DNA of 64,000 nt from Phaeosaccion multiseriatum (GCA_965112735.1 OZ218958.1:2170001-2234000); one strand, 5' to 3'. Shown: positions 1 through 12,557, counted from the stretch's first letter. The notes: generated by a model from the sequence alone, not told the origin. Numbers and translations are program-made.

Positions 1-439
1 CAGTGTCGAGTCTAATTTTTGTGTTTTGGGCCTCGCTTGTTTCTCATTCTCTCCCTCCTTCCCTCTCGCCCTTGATGGACTCTCAGGCGGGCAAATCATG
101 CGACCGTTCATCGGAGGTAAGTTGCGTCGCCTGTTTGACTCGTTTTGTTTTGTTTGACTTTGTACAGCTCCTTTCAGTTTGTTGACCCTAACCCTGACCC
201 TGGCCGCGGACTGTGTGCTTGTGCTCTTACTTGCAGGGGAACGAGGACGACGACCTCTCCTCTGTGACGGCCCTGCCCGAGCACGTCAAGAACTTGCACC
301 TGTGTGAGGAGTTCGTGGCGGAAAGGTGAGGGAGGGAGGTGGTGAGGCACCCGACCACCTACCTGCTTGCTCCCCCACCCGACCCCACCCGACCACCTAC
401 CTGCTTGCTCCCCCGACTCTCTCTCTCTCTCTCTCTCTC

Positions 440-474
<35 letters not shown>

Positions 475-1352
475 CCACTGCGCTCGATGGTATCTGGGGC
501 TTTGCTCTGATCTGTCTTACTCTCACACGACGTGTCAACGAAACAGATACTTTTCTGCAGCGCAGGCTGCCTACCTCACACACGCCTACATACAGCACTT
601 CCGGCATGGGGACGGGGACGAAGGGGCGTCCGAATCAGTGACGTGCCTCGTCGTCTCTCTGTTCAGCCGAATCGTGGACCTGCACAACTTTGACATTGTG
701 CTGGGAGTGCTCTCGGACAAGGAGAAGGCCGGCGTACACCATCGCGTGGGGCTGCTCAACATTATGAACATTTGCAAGCCGGAGGGGTGCTGGCAGCTCT
801 CACTCAATCGGAGGGAAGAGCGACAAGTGGCCAAGATCATCATCCACCTCGCCATTGTGGAGCCTGGAGACAACATGCTGGATATGTCCTTTCGCTGGTC
901 TCGGCACGAGCCACCTGTCGGGGGTTGGCAGCTGCCCCGGAGGTGGCTCACGGAAGAAGGGATACCAACGAGAGGCGTCATCTCGCTGACCTACGCCAGC
1001 ATCAAGCCCGACTGGGAGCTGCGAAGGACGCTGGCGGGTACTGTCACGCTCCCATCGCCCACCAAGGAAGCCATCAAGGTATGGTATGGTGTGTGTTTTG
1101 TTTTGTTCGCTGCAGGCACGTTGTCTTCAAGTGTTTGTAGGGAAGAGCTGTCTCCGGACGTGACCTTCTGTCTGTCTGGCTGTACTGCTCCCCTCCCTCC
1201 CCTTCCGGTTTTCCCCTCGGCAGGAGTGGGGCGGCAGCACGTTCATGAACTCGGACAGGGACGCCATCGACCAAGTGTGCGTGTCGCACGGGGTGGAGTT
1301 CTTCTACGGAGCCACGCCCGAGTGGTTCAGCCCGTCCAAGGAGGTTGTATAG
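1..1352 (+). CDS. 3' part of a multi-exon uncharacterised protein (DUF4476-like 'LFSRIVDLHNF' region); 5' end lies outside the window
   Basis: GT-AG exons at about 237-325, 547-1078 and 1224-1352 give a coherent protein (YFSAAQA...LFSRIVDLHNFDIVL...RVGLLNI...GGWQLP...EVV*), with TAG at 1350-1352. The family assignment is from memory only. Confidence 0.6.
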
Positions 1353-1450
1353 GAAGGAGCAGAGCACGTATGAACTTAAAAACCCTTCTCACTTCTCTGG
1401 AAGAAATGGGTTGGGCGGTCCTCGCTCCTCGTTCGATCGTCCTCTCAGAA

Positions 1451-1489
1451 TTTCGCGCCAGAACCATTTGGGGGCAATTTAAATTCAAA
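1451..1489 (+). promoter_or_regulatory. Candidate E2F site (TTTCGCGC) and CHR-like element (TTTGAA on - strand) upstream of the BARD1/BRCA1-like gene
   Basis: TTTCGCGC at 1451-1458 matches the E2F consensus TTTSSCGC. TTCAAA lies at 1484-1489. The ATG is at 1540. Confidence 0.35.
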
Positions 1490-1539
1490 CTCCCATCGGC
1501 CTTCAGCCCTCCCTTTCATTACTCTCCACCCTTTTAGAG

Positions 1540-4500
1540 ATGGACGAGGCTGGGGGTGGTGATGAAGGCATGGTCTGGAAGAGGGCTCCTGATCTCGGAA
1601 AGCTACGCAAGCTGGCGTTGTGTCCCCTCTGGTACGTCCTCTGCTGCTTGCAAGGTTTAAGGACCTTGGCGGGAATTAAACATCTCTTTTGCGCGCCTGC
1701 CCCTCTTTCTCCCCCTTTGGTGTGATTGAACTCTGTTCTCCTCAGCAAGGGGATTCTGCAGGACCCGCACAAGTTGAGGAGCTGCAACTGTGTGATGTGC
1801 AAGGAGTGCCTCGAGGAGAGGCTGTGGGACCAATCGGTGTGCCCTGACTGTGGGCTGCCCGCACTGCCCCAAGACATGAAGCCCAGCCAGCTCGTGGGGA
1901 ACATTGTTCGCAGTTACCAGGGGCTAGAGAAGGTCTATCAAGCGCATGTGCTTATGAAAGCCGGAAAAGGAGGGGGAATCGCTGCTGTTGGTAATTCGAA
2001 TGCGTGGGGCGGTGGAGGCTGTACAAGCAGCGGGAGGAGCAGCAGCAGCAGGGGTGGTGTTCAGCCAGACGCATCAAGGGGGGGGGGGGTAAACGTTAGC
2101 GAATCGTGGGTGGGGAGGGAGGCAGCTAGCCAAGACCTTTCTGAGAGGCTCAGTGCTGCTGCTGCTGCTGCCGAGACAGTGGCGCCCCTGCCTTTGAAGG
2201 AGAGAAGCCCAAATAGGAGGAGTACTGACATGCCCAACCCCACAGAGATGATGGACGACGGCCCGTGCCAAACGGAAAGTGTAGGTAGAGGGAGGGACTG
2301 CAACGACGTCACTTTAGAGGGTGGGTCTTGGCCGCAGGGAGGAGAAGGGACTGCGGAGGAGAGCTCGAGAGAGAGCAAGAAGGAGAGAGGAGGGGAAGAC
2401 GAAGAGGCAGTGGAAAGCACCACGACACTGGAGAATGGGGTTCCGGAACACGAAGGACAAGGAGAAGAGATGTCTGAATCAGAGGGTGGCGCTCTGCTAA
2501 TGTCCCTCGCGCCTCTGGTGAGAGAGGACGAGTCTCAGCGGCCCTCATCTTCCCCGCAGCGCTCGCCCCGAATAGCAGGGCCTGTGCCTGAGACTTTGCC
2601 TGAGGCCCTCCCATCTCAGGATGTGGCGGAGAGCTATGTATATGATGAGTTCTTGCTGGAGCATGCTCTTCCTGCTGCGGATCCTGTAGCAGACCTTAGT
2701 CAGGCAGTGGATGATCCAGACGCTGGAGAGGCGGTGTGCGACGAGGTCAGTGAGGGCATTGCCTCCCTTCACCACGAGCAAGCCCCCTTACCGCCGGAGG
2801 ATCGCAGTGAGGGGATAGAAGGGGATGAGGGAGAGGCAGCAGCAAGTCCTACTGCACCGGAGGAGGAGGATGATGACATGACTGCCCCACCCAGCCAGTT
2901 AGACCAACGGGGCGTCGCCGAGCGTCCGAATGCCAACATGAGCGCGAAAACGGGGGCAAGAGATGGACCCCAGAGTAACGACAACGAGCAAAGGCTAGCT
3001 CAGGAGGCCTCCCCTTCTGGATCGGCAGCTCCGCTAGGCGTGGAAAGGATGCAGGACGCTTCGGCCACCTCCCAACGTCGTGTTGCGAACCCTTACTCTC
3101 AGCAGTTGCACGATGTTCTCGCATTCCATAGCAGCGAGTCGGACCAAGGAGGACTAGCTGAGCATCCAAAGGCCAACACGCATGCAGAGGGGGGGGCAGG
3201 AGATGGATCCCAAACCAACACCGAGCAAGGGGACGCCCCTACTGAATCCGTAGCTCCGTTGGGTGTGGAAAGGAGGCAAGAAGCTTCGGTTACCTCTCAA
3301 CGTCGTGTTGCGAACCCTTACTCTCAGCAACTACACGATTATCCCACATCGAGCATCTTTGGCGGCGGCGGTGGCGGCAGGTCCTCGTCTCCTCGCTCAG
3401 AGTGGCAACATCGCCAAAGCGGGGGCGATAGTTTGCGTAGCTTTCGGCGTCCTCGCAACGAGAGCATGGCGAGCTTGCAGCCGACTCCACAGACTCATGA
3501 CGAGGGGGAGGTGTTAACGCCCGACACGCTGGAAGTTGAGAGCAACCTCAGGCAAGAAGAGTGGGGTGCTCTCGAGATGACGAGGGGGGGCAGTAGCAGC
3601 AGCGGTTTGATGAACATTCAGCGCTCACAGCGGGTGGGCATTGTCACTTCTGGGGTGGATGACGAGGACAAGTACTTTCTCTCTGAGCTGCTCCAAAGCG
3701 TAGGCCGGGAGGAGCTGCGGGTGTACAAGGCCATGAACGCCAATGTGACGCACCTTGTGTTGGGGAAGAAGAAGACCACTGTAACCGACGGCCTGTACCG
3801 GTACACTGACACACGTCCAGGCTGGAAGTACGTGATGGCGCTCGGCATGGGTCTGTGGATCGTCAGCATCGATTGGGTGAAGCGATGTCTCTGTGCCGAC
3901 CGCCCGCAGGAGGCGTTGCTTCTGCCGCCAATGCACGACGAGCTGGTGGGAGGTGGCGCAGAGGGGTGCAATTGCGCACCGAAACAAGCCCGAATGAGGA
4001 TGTGCTCTGGTGAGGGAACGCTCTTTAAGGGAGTGTACATTCATCTGGTGGTGGCCTCCGCCGCGGCTCCCCCAGGCTCTATACTGAACGGCGACGTGTG
4101 GTGCGCGCTCATTAAGGACAATGGCGGCTCTGCTACGCTGCACAGACAGGGGTCTGCGTCCCCTCTCGCTGCTGTGGGGGGCAAGAGCCGGCGTTTTGTC
4201 GTCCTCCTAGCAGACGCTCCGGAGGAGGTCCTGGTGACTATGGCTCATAAAGTGTGCCAAGACGTCGATGGGCAGGCTGTGGTGAAGCACACTTGGCTCT
4301 GCAACTGCTTTACAAGTCAGCGGGTACAAGCCCCCACCAGGAGAGAGAGAATGGTCCCTCCTGCAGCAGCAGTAGCAGCACCAGCATCAGAACCAGCACC
4401 AGCACCAGCAGAAAAAGCAAAGAGTCGGATTGTACCCCCCAGCGGCCGGAAGAGAGGCCTTGCCAAAGCTGCTGCTCAGGAGGATGATGACTGTCAAGAA

Positions 4501-4998
4501 GAGGGGCGACAACGTCACCAGCCGCAGGCAGGCATGACGCCTCCCAGTGACGCTGAACCCGATGGCTTTGACTTCTCGCGGGAGTCGGAGACTCGTTCGC
4601 GGGCTGCTATTCTGGAGGAAGAAGCACGTTTGGCGACGGACAGAGACTTTGGAGAAGGAGAATTGAGTCCAGGAGGAGGGCACAGCCAACAGCAGAAGGA
4701 AATCGAGTGTGCGAGGGAACTAGGCAAGCGCATGAGGAAGTGCGGCTACATTGACGCACACATGGAGAGGCACAGTCTGGAGCTCGCCATCTGTGGGCGC
4801 TTGTTTGACAGCGTCTTGAAACCGGAGGACGAGGACGTGTTGAAGAGGCGAGGAATCCCCTTTGCCATCGTGCGAGAGACAGCGAAGAAGTTCGGGCGCT
4901 TTAACGAGGCGGAACAGGAGCGGTTTGAGGATATGAGGCGCAAGTATGACGTGTGGCGCGCCCCAGACAAACACCAAAAGAACAAAGCTCACAAGTGA
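1540..4998 (+). CDS. BARD1/BRCA1-like RING + tandem BRCT protein
   Basis: Exon 1540-1631 spliced to 1746-4998 builds the RING CPLC-KGILQDP-x-CNCVMCKEC-x-CPDC followed by PALPQDMKP (BARD1-like). BRCT motifs are VTHLV...KYVMALGMGLWIVSIDWVKRC and LFKG...VVKHTWLCNCF. Confidence 0.8.
2902..3339 (+). repeat. Intragenic duplication (about 70 aa x2) in the BARD1-like linker
   Basis: Copies at about 2902-3114 and 3142-3339. An identical 32-nt core lies at 3073-3104 and 3298-3329 (SQRRVANPYSQQLHD). Confidence 0.9.
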
Positions 4999-5019
4999 GC
5001 TATAGATTAAGTTCCAGTG

Positions 5020-6857
5020 TCATCTCTCTGCTGCAATGTGCTTCTGAATCTTGGCGACTGCCTTAGATGCCAACGTGCGCACCGTAGAGACTGTCCACTT
5101 CCAGCCTGCTTGAACGAAGGAGCCGCTCGAGTCCTCGTCTGGGTAACCAAACTCCGTTGCTTCGTCACAGAGAGTGGGCGCCAGCTGACAAAACAGGCGG
5201 GTGCAGGTGGACTTGACAACGCGCCAAGTGGCCCGAAACTGGAATACGCCGTCTTCCGGACAGCCCAAGGCCCCCCAGAGGCACTGCCGATAGAGTGATT
5301 GAGTGAAGCAGCCAGGAAGGGGTGGTGGTGGTGGCGGTGGTTATCAGGGACAGTCATCACATGGAAGAGAGAGGAGCACTGGAGCAATGACGCAAGACAG
5401 CTGTTCAGCGAGTTAAGCTCACCTCGCTCATTGGGTCCATCGGCGAGTCTCCTCTGTAGACTGAGAAGCTTCCGTCTTCGCCCAGCACGGCGAAGTGAGC
5501 AGGGTTGAACATCGTCATCATGTCCACCTGCCACAGCACGCGCTTGTTAGGCAACACTTCCATGACTGTTGCGAGAGCATCTGAGATCTGTGATGGTGCA
5601 TCCCCTCTAATTTGTGGCCGCGCACCGCCCTCCACTGACCTTATTGCTGCTGAACAACACACCATCCACAAGGCTGGGTGTGCCTGACAGCACCACGAAA
5701 TTGCCATTCTTCTGCACTTCCGCGAAGCACTTCCCTGTCGCCTCATAAGATGCAGTCTCCCAGATCTGAAGGACATTGAATGAAGGAAGTACGTGTTACG
5801 TGCTGGCTGGGTGTACTATCTCAACTCCCTGGGTATGGGGTCTGTTTTGTGCGGAGGGGGAGACAGAGATATGATGTGAGCAACGTACCTTGCGAGCGTC
5901 TTGCGTCCGTTTCGAAGCGCTTGGTCGGCCCCGGCCTCGGAAGACGACAAAGTTGCAATCGTCCTGCAGCACAGCGTGGTACTTGCCCGTCACTGAACTT
6001 ATAAAGGCCCCCACTCCGAGGGACTCCCCCTCTCTAAGCACGTGATCACGCGCCGAACTATACCGCTGCTGCTTCTGCTGCTGGTCTCTCCTGGGCTTGC
6101 CCTGGCTCCCGCCTCTGTTGTCGTGGGTTGTGGAATAGTCATACGTTGCTGTTCTCTGTATGTATACCCCCCCCAAAAGCTCAAAGTCCTGAGCCGTCTT
6201 TTTCTCTCGACCGCCCTCCGAAACCGTTGTGACCACCCGCCGAAACTGCCGCCCCGCCTCATCTTCATAGTCTTGGTACTCCTCGAAGGCCTGCACATAC
6301 TCATCCTGCGGCTGCTGCCACTGCTGCCACTGCTGCTGTTGCTGCTGCCTCTGCTGCTGCCTCTGCTGCTGCTGAACTCCTCCATGAGGACTATAGCTTT
6401 CCCATGGCCAGCCCCAGTCCGCCGCTTCGTCCGAAAAGAAGTCTTCGAACAGGAAAGACGCATCTCCAAACCCTCCCTCGCCTCCCCACCCCTTCATCAA
6501 CTCGTCCTCCCATCGTAAATGGTCCTCCTGCTGTTTCTGCTTCTCGTCCTCCCTCCTCTTTTGCTGATGGCCCAAGAGCTCCCGAAAGCTGTCATAGTCC
6601 CTTCTGGTCTGCTGGTTAGACAGCACTTCGTTGGCCTCTGCAACCTCAGCGAATTTGTCGGTCGCCTCCGGGCTCCCCTTGTTCTTGTCAGGGTGCCAAT
6701 GCTGAGCCTGTTTCCTATAAGCCTTCTTGATTTCCTTCTCGCTGGCATCTTTCTCAACGCCGAGCACCTTGTAGTAGTCCTTCTTGGCGTACTGCTCCTC
6801 CAACTGGCCCCAAGCAGACAACAGCAGCAAGCAAGACAGCAGCAGGCAAAACAACAT
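5020..6857 (-). CDS. Signal-peptide DnaJ (Hsp40) protein with C-terminal bulb-type (B-) lectin-like domain
   Basis: Hydrophobic N-terminus followed by the J domain DYYKVLGV...IKKAYRK...HPDKN. Exons 6857-5889, 5765-~5640, 5527-~5423 and ~5284-5020 encode three repeats: [28 protein letters not shown] and [14 protein letters not shown]. Confidence 0.75.
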
Positions 6858-7067
6858 GCCTGCCTTCGCTGCGATACGGGCCGCGTAGGTCCCGCCTGCC
6901 CTAGGGCGAGAAAAGTGTACGAGGGGCGAAATGTGTTAGAGGGGACTGCCAGAAAGAAACAGGAGAGGGAATGACAGGGAAAGAGTCAAGGAGAGGCAAA
7001 GGTAGGGGGTTAGAGAGAGAGAAAAGAGAGAGAGGGGCGTGGGGGTGACTGAGAGAGACACACGAGA

Positions 7068-7133
<66 letters not shown>

Positions 7134-7134
<1 letters not shown>

Positions 7135-7279
7135 CAAAGCAGTGCGGGTGCAGCGAGAAGTAAGAGGAAACACGGGCCATGGACAATGGGCGCTGTGTAC
7201 GGCTAGCAAAGCAGTGCGGGTGCAGCGAGACATAAGAGGAAACACGGGCCCTAGACAATGGGCGCTGTGTACGACTAGC
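7134..7279. repeat. 72-bp tandem duplication following an (AG)n tract in a divergent intergenic region
   Basis: GCAAAGCAGTGCGGGTGCAGCGAGA...GGGCGCTGTGTACG.CTA starts at 7134 and again at 7206 with few mismatches. The (AG)n tract is at about 7073-7132. Confidence 0.9.
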
Positions 7280-7580
7280 GCACGAGACGCACCTGCCCTG
7301 TGGCAAGGCTGGCGTCTGTGTGCCCCTCGCCTCTCAAGGCTGCTCACAGTCCACTCTTGATGTCCTCTCCTGCTCGCTGTTTCCTCCCAGACCTCTAGCC
7401 TTACCTGTAGCGCGGAGCTGTTCCCTCCTTGCTTGTTTATTGTTTATGGTCCTCTACTCCAACACGTGGAGGGAAATATTTGGATTGCCTAAAAGTAACG
7501 TCTCGAGCGGTCCCCTTCACATGTTGTAATCCACCCCAACGGACACCCTCACTCTCCCCTTAATAATCCTCGTGCTTACA

Positions 7581-8316
7581 ATGTATGACCCTCCCGCTCG
7601 GCAGCAGTCCTGTGCGAGCCAGTGGCAGGCGAACTTTGACAAGCTAGTGAAGAGGACGGAGGTGAAGATCCAGAATCTGCGGCAGGCGACGGAAGACACA
7701 GCACCCGACAGACTGGAAGCTCCCTTGGTTTTTTCGGGGAGGGAACTGGACGACACTAAAGAGCGGGTGGAAAGGCTCTTGGAGCCTACCCGACAGAGGT
7801 CGAGCTGGACTGGGGATGCCTCTACGCAGACAGAGCTCTTTGGCGACGAGATGGCTGCACAAGGGCTGCGCCTCTCCAAGGTGGAAACCTTGTTCCCCCA
7901 GCAGTTGGACTCGGTCAATGAGAGGCTACGGGCTCTGACACGAGCCGTGGAGGCCATGCAGGAGAGTGTGGCCTCAACCATGAAGCAAGTCAAGCAGGCA
8001 GACAAACGACAGGCAATGCACCGGACACGCGCGGACGCTCAGCTCAGAGGAGAGCTGGACGAGCTCCGTAGTGCGCTCATCCTTAACGTCAAGCGCGGCC
8101 GGCAGCAGGGCAGCAAGAGGGAGAGAAATGGTTTCATGGCGCCAGAGACGCTGACAGCTGTGATGGTAGAGCCACGACCAACGTTCGCAGAGGATGACCA
8201 AAAAGCCTGTCTGAGTACATCGGGTGAGATTTCTTTTGGCGAAGGCTTTGGCGAAGCTGTTCTCGAGAGATATGCTACATGGTCAAACGAACTTGCTGGC
8301 GAGAGACATGAGATGA

Positions 8317-8350
<34 letters not shown>

Positions 8351-8586
8351 GGAGGAGGAGGAGGAGGAGGAGGAGGAGGAGGAGGAGGAGGAGGAGGAGG
8401 AGGAGGAGGAGGAGGAGGAGGAGGAGGAGGAGGAGGAGGAGGAGGAGGAGGAGGAGGAGGAGGAGGAGGAGGAGCCAGAGGAAGAGAAGGAAGTGATGAT
8501 GCGAGGAGAAGAAGAGGAGTTGAGAGATAGAAAAGAGGAGGTGGACGAGCGAGGGCAAGGCGAACGAGAATACAGAGAAGAGACGG

Positions 8587-8628
<42 letters not shown>

Positions 8629-9812
8629 AGGAGGAGGAGGAGGAGGAGGAGGAGGAGGAGGAGGAGGAGAAGAAGAAGAAGAAGAAGAAGAAGAAGAAGA
8701 AGAGGAAGGAGGAGGAGGAGTTGGTGGCGGTGGAGGAAGACGAAGAAGAGGAGGTGGTGGTGGTGGAGGTGGTGGTGGTGGAGGAGGAGGAGGCGGAGGA
8801 GGAGGAGGTAGAGGAGGAGGAGTTTTTCGTGCTTCGAGAAGAAGGGGACTTCAGACGCATAGAACAAGACGAACGAGAAGACGGAGAAGCAACGGAAGAG
8901 GGGGGGGAGGAGGAGGAGAAGGTAGTGGTGCGGGGAGAAGAAGTTGAGGTGCGAGGAGAAGAGGAGGTGGGCGAGGAAGAACAAGGCGAACGAGGTGGAG
9001 AAGAAACAGAGCAGGAAGAGGTGGTGGCGGAGGAGCAGGAGGAGGAGGAGGAGGGGGGGGGGGGGTGGAAGGAAAAGAAGGAGGAGGACGTGGAGGAGTT
9101 GGAGATGGTGGAGGAGGGGGAGGAGGTGGTGGTGGTGGTGGAGGAGGAGGAGGAGGAGGAGGAGGAGGAGGAGGAGGAGGAGGAGGAGGAGGAGGAGGAG
9201 GAGGAGGAGGAGGAGGAGGAGGAGGAGGAGGAGAAGGAGGAGGAGGAGGAGGTGATGGTGGAGGAGGAAGAGAAGGGGGAGGAGAAGGAGGAGGCGGAGG
9301 AGGAGGAGGGGGAGGAAGAGGAGGGGGAGGAAGAGGAGGAGGAGGAGGAGGAGTTGGAGGAGTTGGACGTGGTGGAGGAGGAGGTGTTGGAGGTGGTGGA
9401 ATAGGAGGTAGTGGAGGAAGAGGCGGTGGAGGAGAAGGAGCATGAGCAGCAGCACCAGCGTAGGGAAGAGAAGCTCGAGGGCGCATCTAGGCCAACCTCG
9501 TCTTGCTCTTACTCATCGACAAGAAGCGAGCTTGACGTCCTGGTGGATTCTCCCAAGAGGGTTGAGCTGGAGTCGTGCTCGTACTCCCCCACACCCTTCT
9601 CCTGGTCCGGCCGACGCCAAGGCTGCTTGTCGCCGCACTCTCCAGGGTCCGATGAGTCTGGTTCCACTGGCAGCATGAGCAGCAGTAGCAGGGGGAGGAC
9701 GAGGACGAGGAGCCCCAGCCCCATGCCGACCTTTACAAGCACGAGGGAGAACATGCGGAGGCTACGGGAGAAAGCCCGTGCCTTTGTTCTGTCTGAGTCA
9801 GACTCGGAATGA
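7581..9812 (+). CDS. Coiled-coil, extremely Glu-rich protein; one in-frame TAG at 9402-9404 (truncated gene, pseudogene or sequence error)
   Basis: ORFs 7572-9404 and 9411-9812 are in the same frame. A coiled-coil N-terminus is followed by long (GAG)n/(AAG)n runs. Confidence 0.45.
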
Positions 9813-10160
9813 TAATAGAGCCCGCTCTCCAAACTCGTCACCCCCATCACCCCAGCAGCAGGAGGAGCAGCTCTCTCTCTCTGTATGGCCCCTTCGCTTT
9901 GGCTGAGTCCTTGTTCCTTCAAACTCACACTGGCATACATTTTAAGTGTAATTGACACGGCCAGGCCAGCCCAAGGGCCGGAGCATGTCCCGCTGATTAT
10001 TTTGTTTGCCTCAACTACCACACGACTTTACTACACACCATAGAGAGATATACACACATAGAGAGAGACAGAGAGACGGAGAGGAGGACAGATAGACATA
10101 GAGAGAGACAGACACACAGACAGAGAGAGAGAAGAGAGTCAGCGAGAGAGAGAGAGAGAG

Positions 10161-12134
10161 TTAAACGCCCGCTATTCTCTGCTGCTGCATAGGGGCCTGT
10201 CCACCCGCTCGGCCGCCCCTCTTATCAGGAAGAAGCTCACAGATGGCCTCATCGAAGTCGAAATGAAGCTCTGTCTCGTGCACTGTGCTGCCCGGCGTCT
10301 GCACCCTCTGGGCTGACGAGGGCGGGGCGGCGCGGGGTACGGCTGCTGTTACTAAGGGCCTACCGAATCCTGTGGGCGTGCCTGGCACCAGGCTCGAAGG
10401 CGTGTTCTTGTCGCTAAAAGTATGCATCTCCACCTGCAAGGGGCTCTCCAGGGGTGCGCCGTGAACGCTCCACTGGCTTGCCCCCAGCCCGTGCGGCAGA
10501 GGCCTCTGCTGGAGACGAAGTGATTTGCGACGAGGAGTGTCCAAGTCCGCCGGCGGGGGAAGACTGATGCGCAGGTCCTCAGACCGTATGGCACTCGCGC
10601 CGTGAGCTTGGTGGGGCTGGAGCGGTAGAGAGAAGATGTTGCTGTCCTGGATGGTAACGTTCAACTTGCGCTTCTTCTTCCTCGCGCCGCTCGAATCTAT
10701 CTCGTCCCTGCCCCCCATCAATGCGCTGCTCAGAGCGAGACTCCGTACCAGCTTCCCCTTGGTTTGGTGCTGCTGCTGATGTTGTTGTATTTGCTGTTGC
10801 TGCTGGTGCCGCACAGTTGACATGGGAGCGGGCTCGTCGAAGCCGAACACTGCCCCCCCTCCGCCAGCATGTGCTCTCTGAGCCCCCGCCTGAGCCTGCG
10901 CCTGCTGTTCCACAGTCGGCTGGGGGGGCGCGGGACGGACAGGTTTGAGCTTTTGGCCCCGAGTGAGTTGAACGGGTGGGGGAAGCTCCATGTCGCCCGC
11001 ACTGTGCCCGCTTGCTGCTCCTGACCCACTGCTGCTGGTATTGATGCAGTGGATGCCCCCCGATTCTTCGAGCTTTGCCCTAAGGCGCTCCTTAAAAAAG
11101 ACGTTTCCGCTGGTGAGGTTGAGGGCCACCATCCGGCTGGGGCTGTGGTCAGGCGGGTTGGCCGTGCCTGCATCCACAATCTTCATCAAGTCCGCCCGAT
11201 CTACAGCGCTCAGGTCCTCCGGTCTGGCCTCCTGCAACAGCTCCTGCGCAGCGGCAGTGGCAGCCGAAAAGTAGCGCTTCAGCTCCGCCAGGTTGGCAGC
11301 CTTTCTACTCCGGCCCTTCTTCTTGCCGGGCCCCCCCGCAGCGGCATCTGCGTCGCCGTGTCCCTCCTGGCGCTCCCCCTGCTGCTGGTGCTGGTGCTGC
11401 TGCCCCTGACCAAGATCCCCAGCTGGTACTATTGCTGCGCCGCCTGTGGTATGGGCAGAGGCGACCATCCCATCTGCCCCGACTGCTGCCGCTGCCGCTG
11501 CTGCCGCCGCCGTGCCCGCCGCAGTGCCGGGCAGATGCAAAGGCTGCCCGTCATTCACTTCCCTATTCAGCCGACGCACGTTCCGGCGCATGAAAGAGTA
11601 CCAGTGGTTCTTCACGTGATTGTCCGTGCGCCCAGGCAGGCGCTTGGCGATCTCCGACCACCTGTTTCCCAGCTCTTTGTGCGCGTCCGCCATGATGCGC
11701 TCCTCCTCCTCCGTCCAAGCATTCTTGTTGATGCTGGGATCTGTCAGATCGGAATAAGAGGCGGGAGTGTCAGGAGGCAGAAAGGTGCAAAGGAACGGCC
11801 GCTCGCCTCGGACTGGACTCACCCAAGTGATTGTGCCAGCGCTCACGGCACTGCTTGCCGGAGCGGCCATGTATGTTATAGTCGGTGACAATATGCTCCG
11901 CAATGACCGACCAGCTGCGGGTGCCGTGCGTGCCAACAAGGGCCTTGATCGCCTCGTCCTCCTCCTTCGCCCACACGCGCCTGTGCAGGATGGGGTCATT
12001 GACATGGAAAGAACTATGAACTAATAGAGTCCAACTGGCGCGCGCTTCCCCCGGACGCGCCGCTCCGCTCTGCACCGGATCCGCCCCAGTCCTCTCTTAC
12101 CGGTCCGACCCACTCGCCCGAGCACCCTCCGCAT
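10161..12134 (-). CDS. R2R3-type MYB transcription factor
   Basis: The repeats WAKEEDEAI...WSVIA...[15 protein letters not shown] and [14 protein letters not shown]...[23 protein letters not shown] are joined by a GT-AG intron. A probable ATG at 12134 connects via a short upstream exon. Confidence 0.9.
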
Positions 12135-12557
12135 TCCTCGAGCGAGCTCCAACGCCCGGCGGCGACTTCTTCACAATGTCCTCCATCGCCTCCGTCAAGG
12201 TTCGGCGCTCTCTCGAGGGTGTTGATGTTCACACAAAAAAGAAAGGCTGGCTGCCGCTGCAGCTGCGACGGAACGGGACGCAGCAGAGCGCCAGGATCAG
12301 CGGCGGCGTCGCCCAAGGACAAGTATGTTATTTGTTATTTCTAATGGCCCTTGTGTGCGCACCTTTTCCCTTTTCACCTTTGTTGAGCTTTGCCAAATTG
12401 CTTTCACCGGTCAGGAGGCACAAACCAGTTTGCTTTTCCGTTTCATGGCCCATGCACTTGAAATTCTGTTTTGAAACTTTTCCTCCAGCAGCGCTGCAAC
12501 ACCTCTTTTACAAACCCTTCTATATACCCTCTTTCTCTCGCTCCGCTACACTACATA

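Noticed and set aside
187-204. Telomere-like CCCTAA-CCCTGA-CCCTGG
   Set aside because: Only one exact unit, and it is intronic.
9402-9404. Genome-wide TAG reassignment
   Set aside because: Conserved genes such as LSm3 and eIF5B end at TAG at their expected C-termini.
8039-9486. Antisense and alternative-frame polyS/polyL/polyP/polyR/polyG ORFs
   Set aside because: These are by-products of stop-free (GAG)n repeats.
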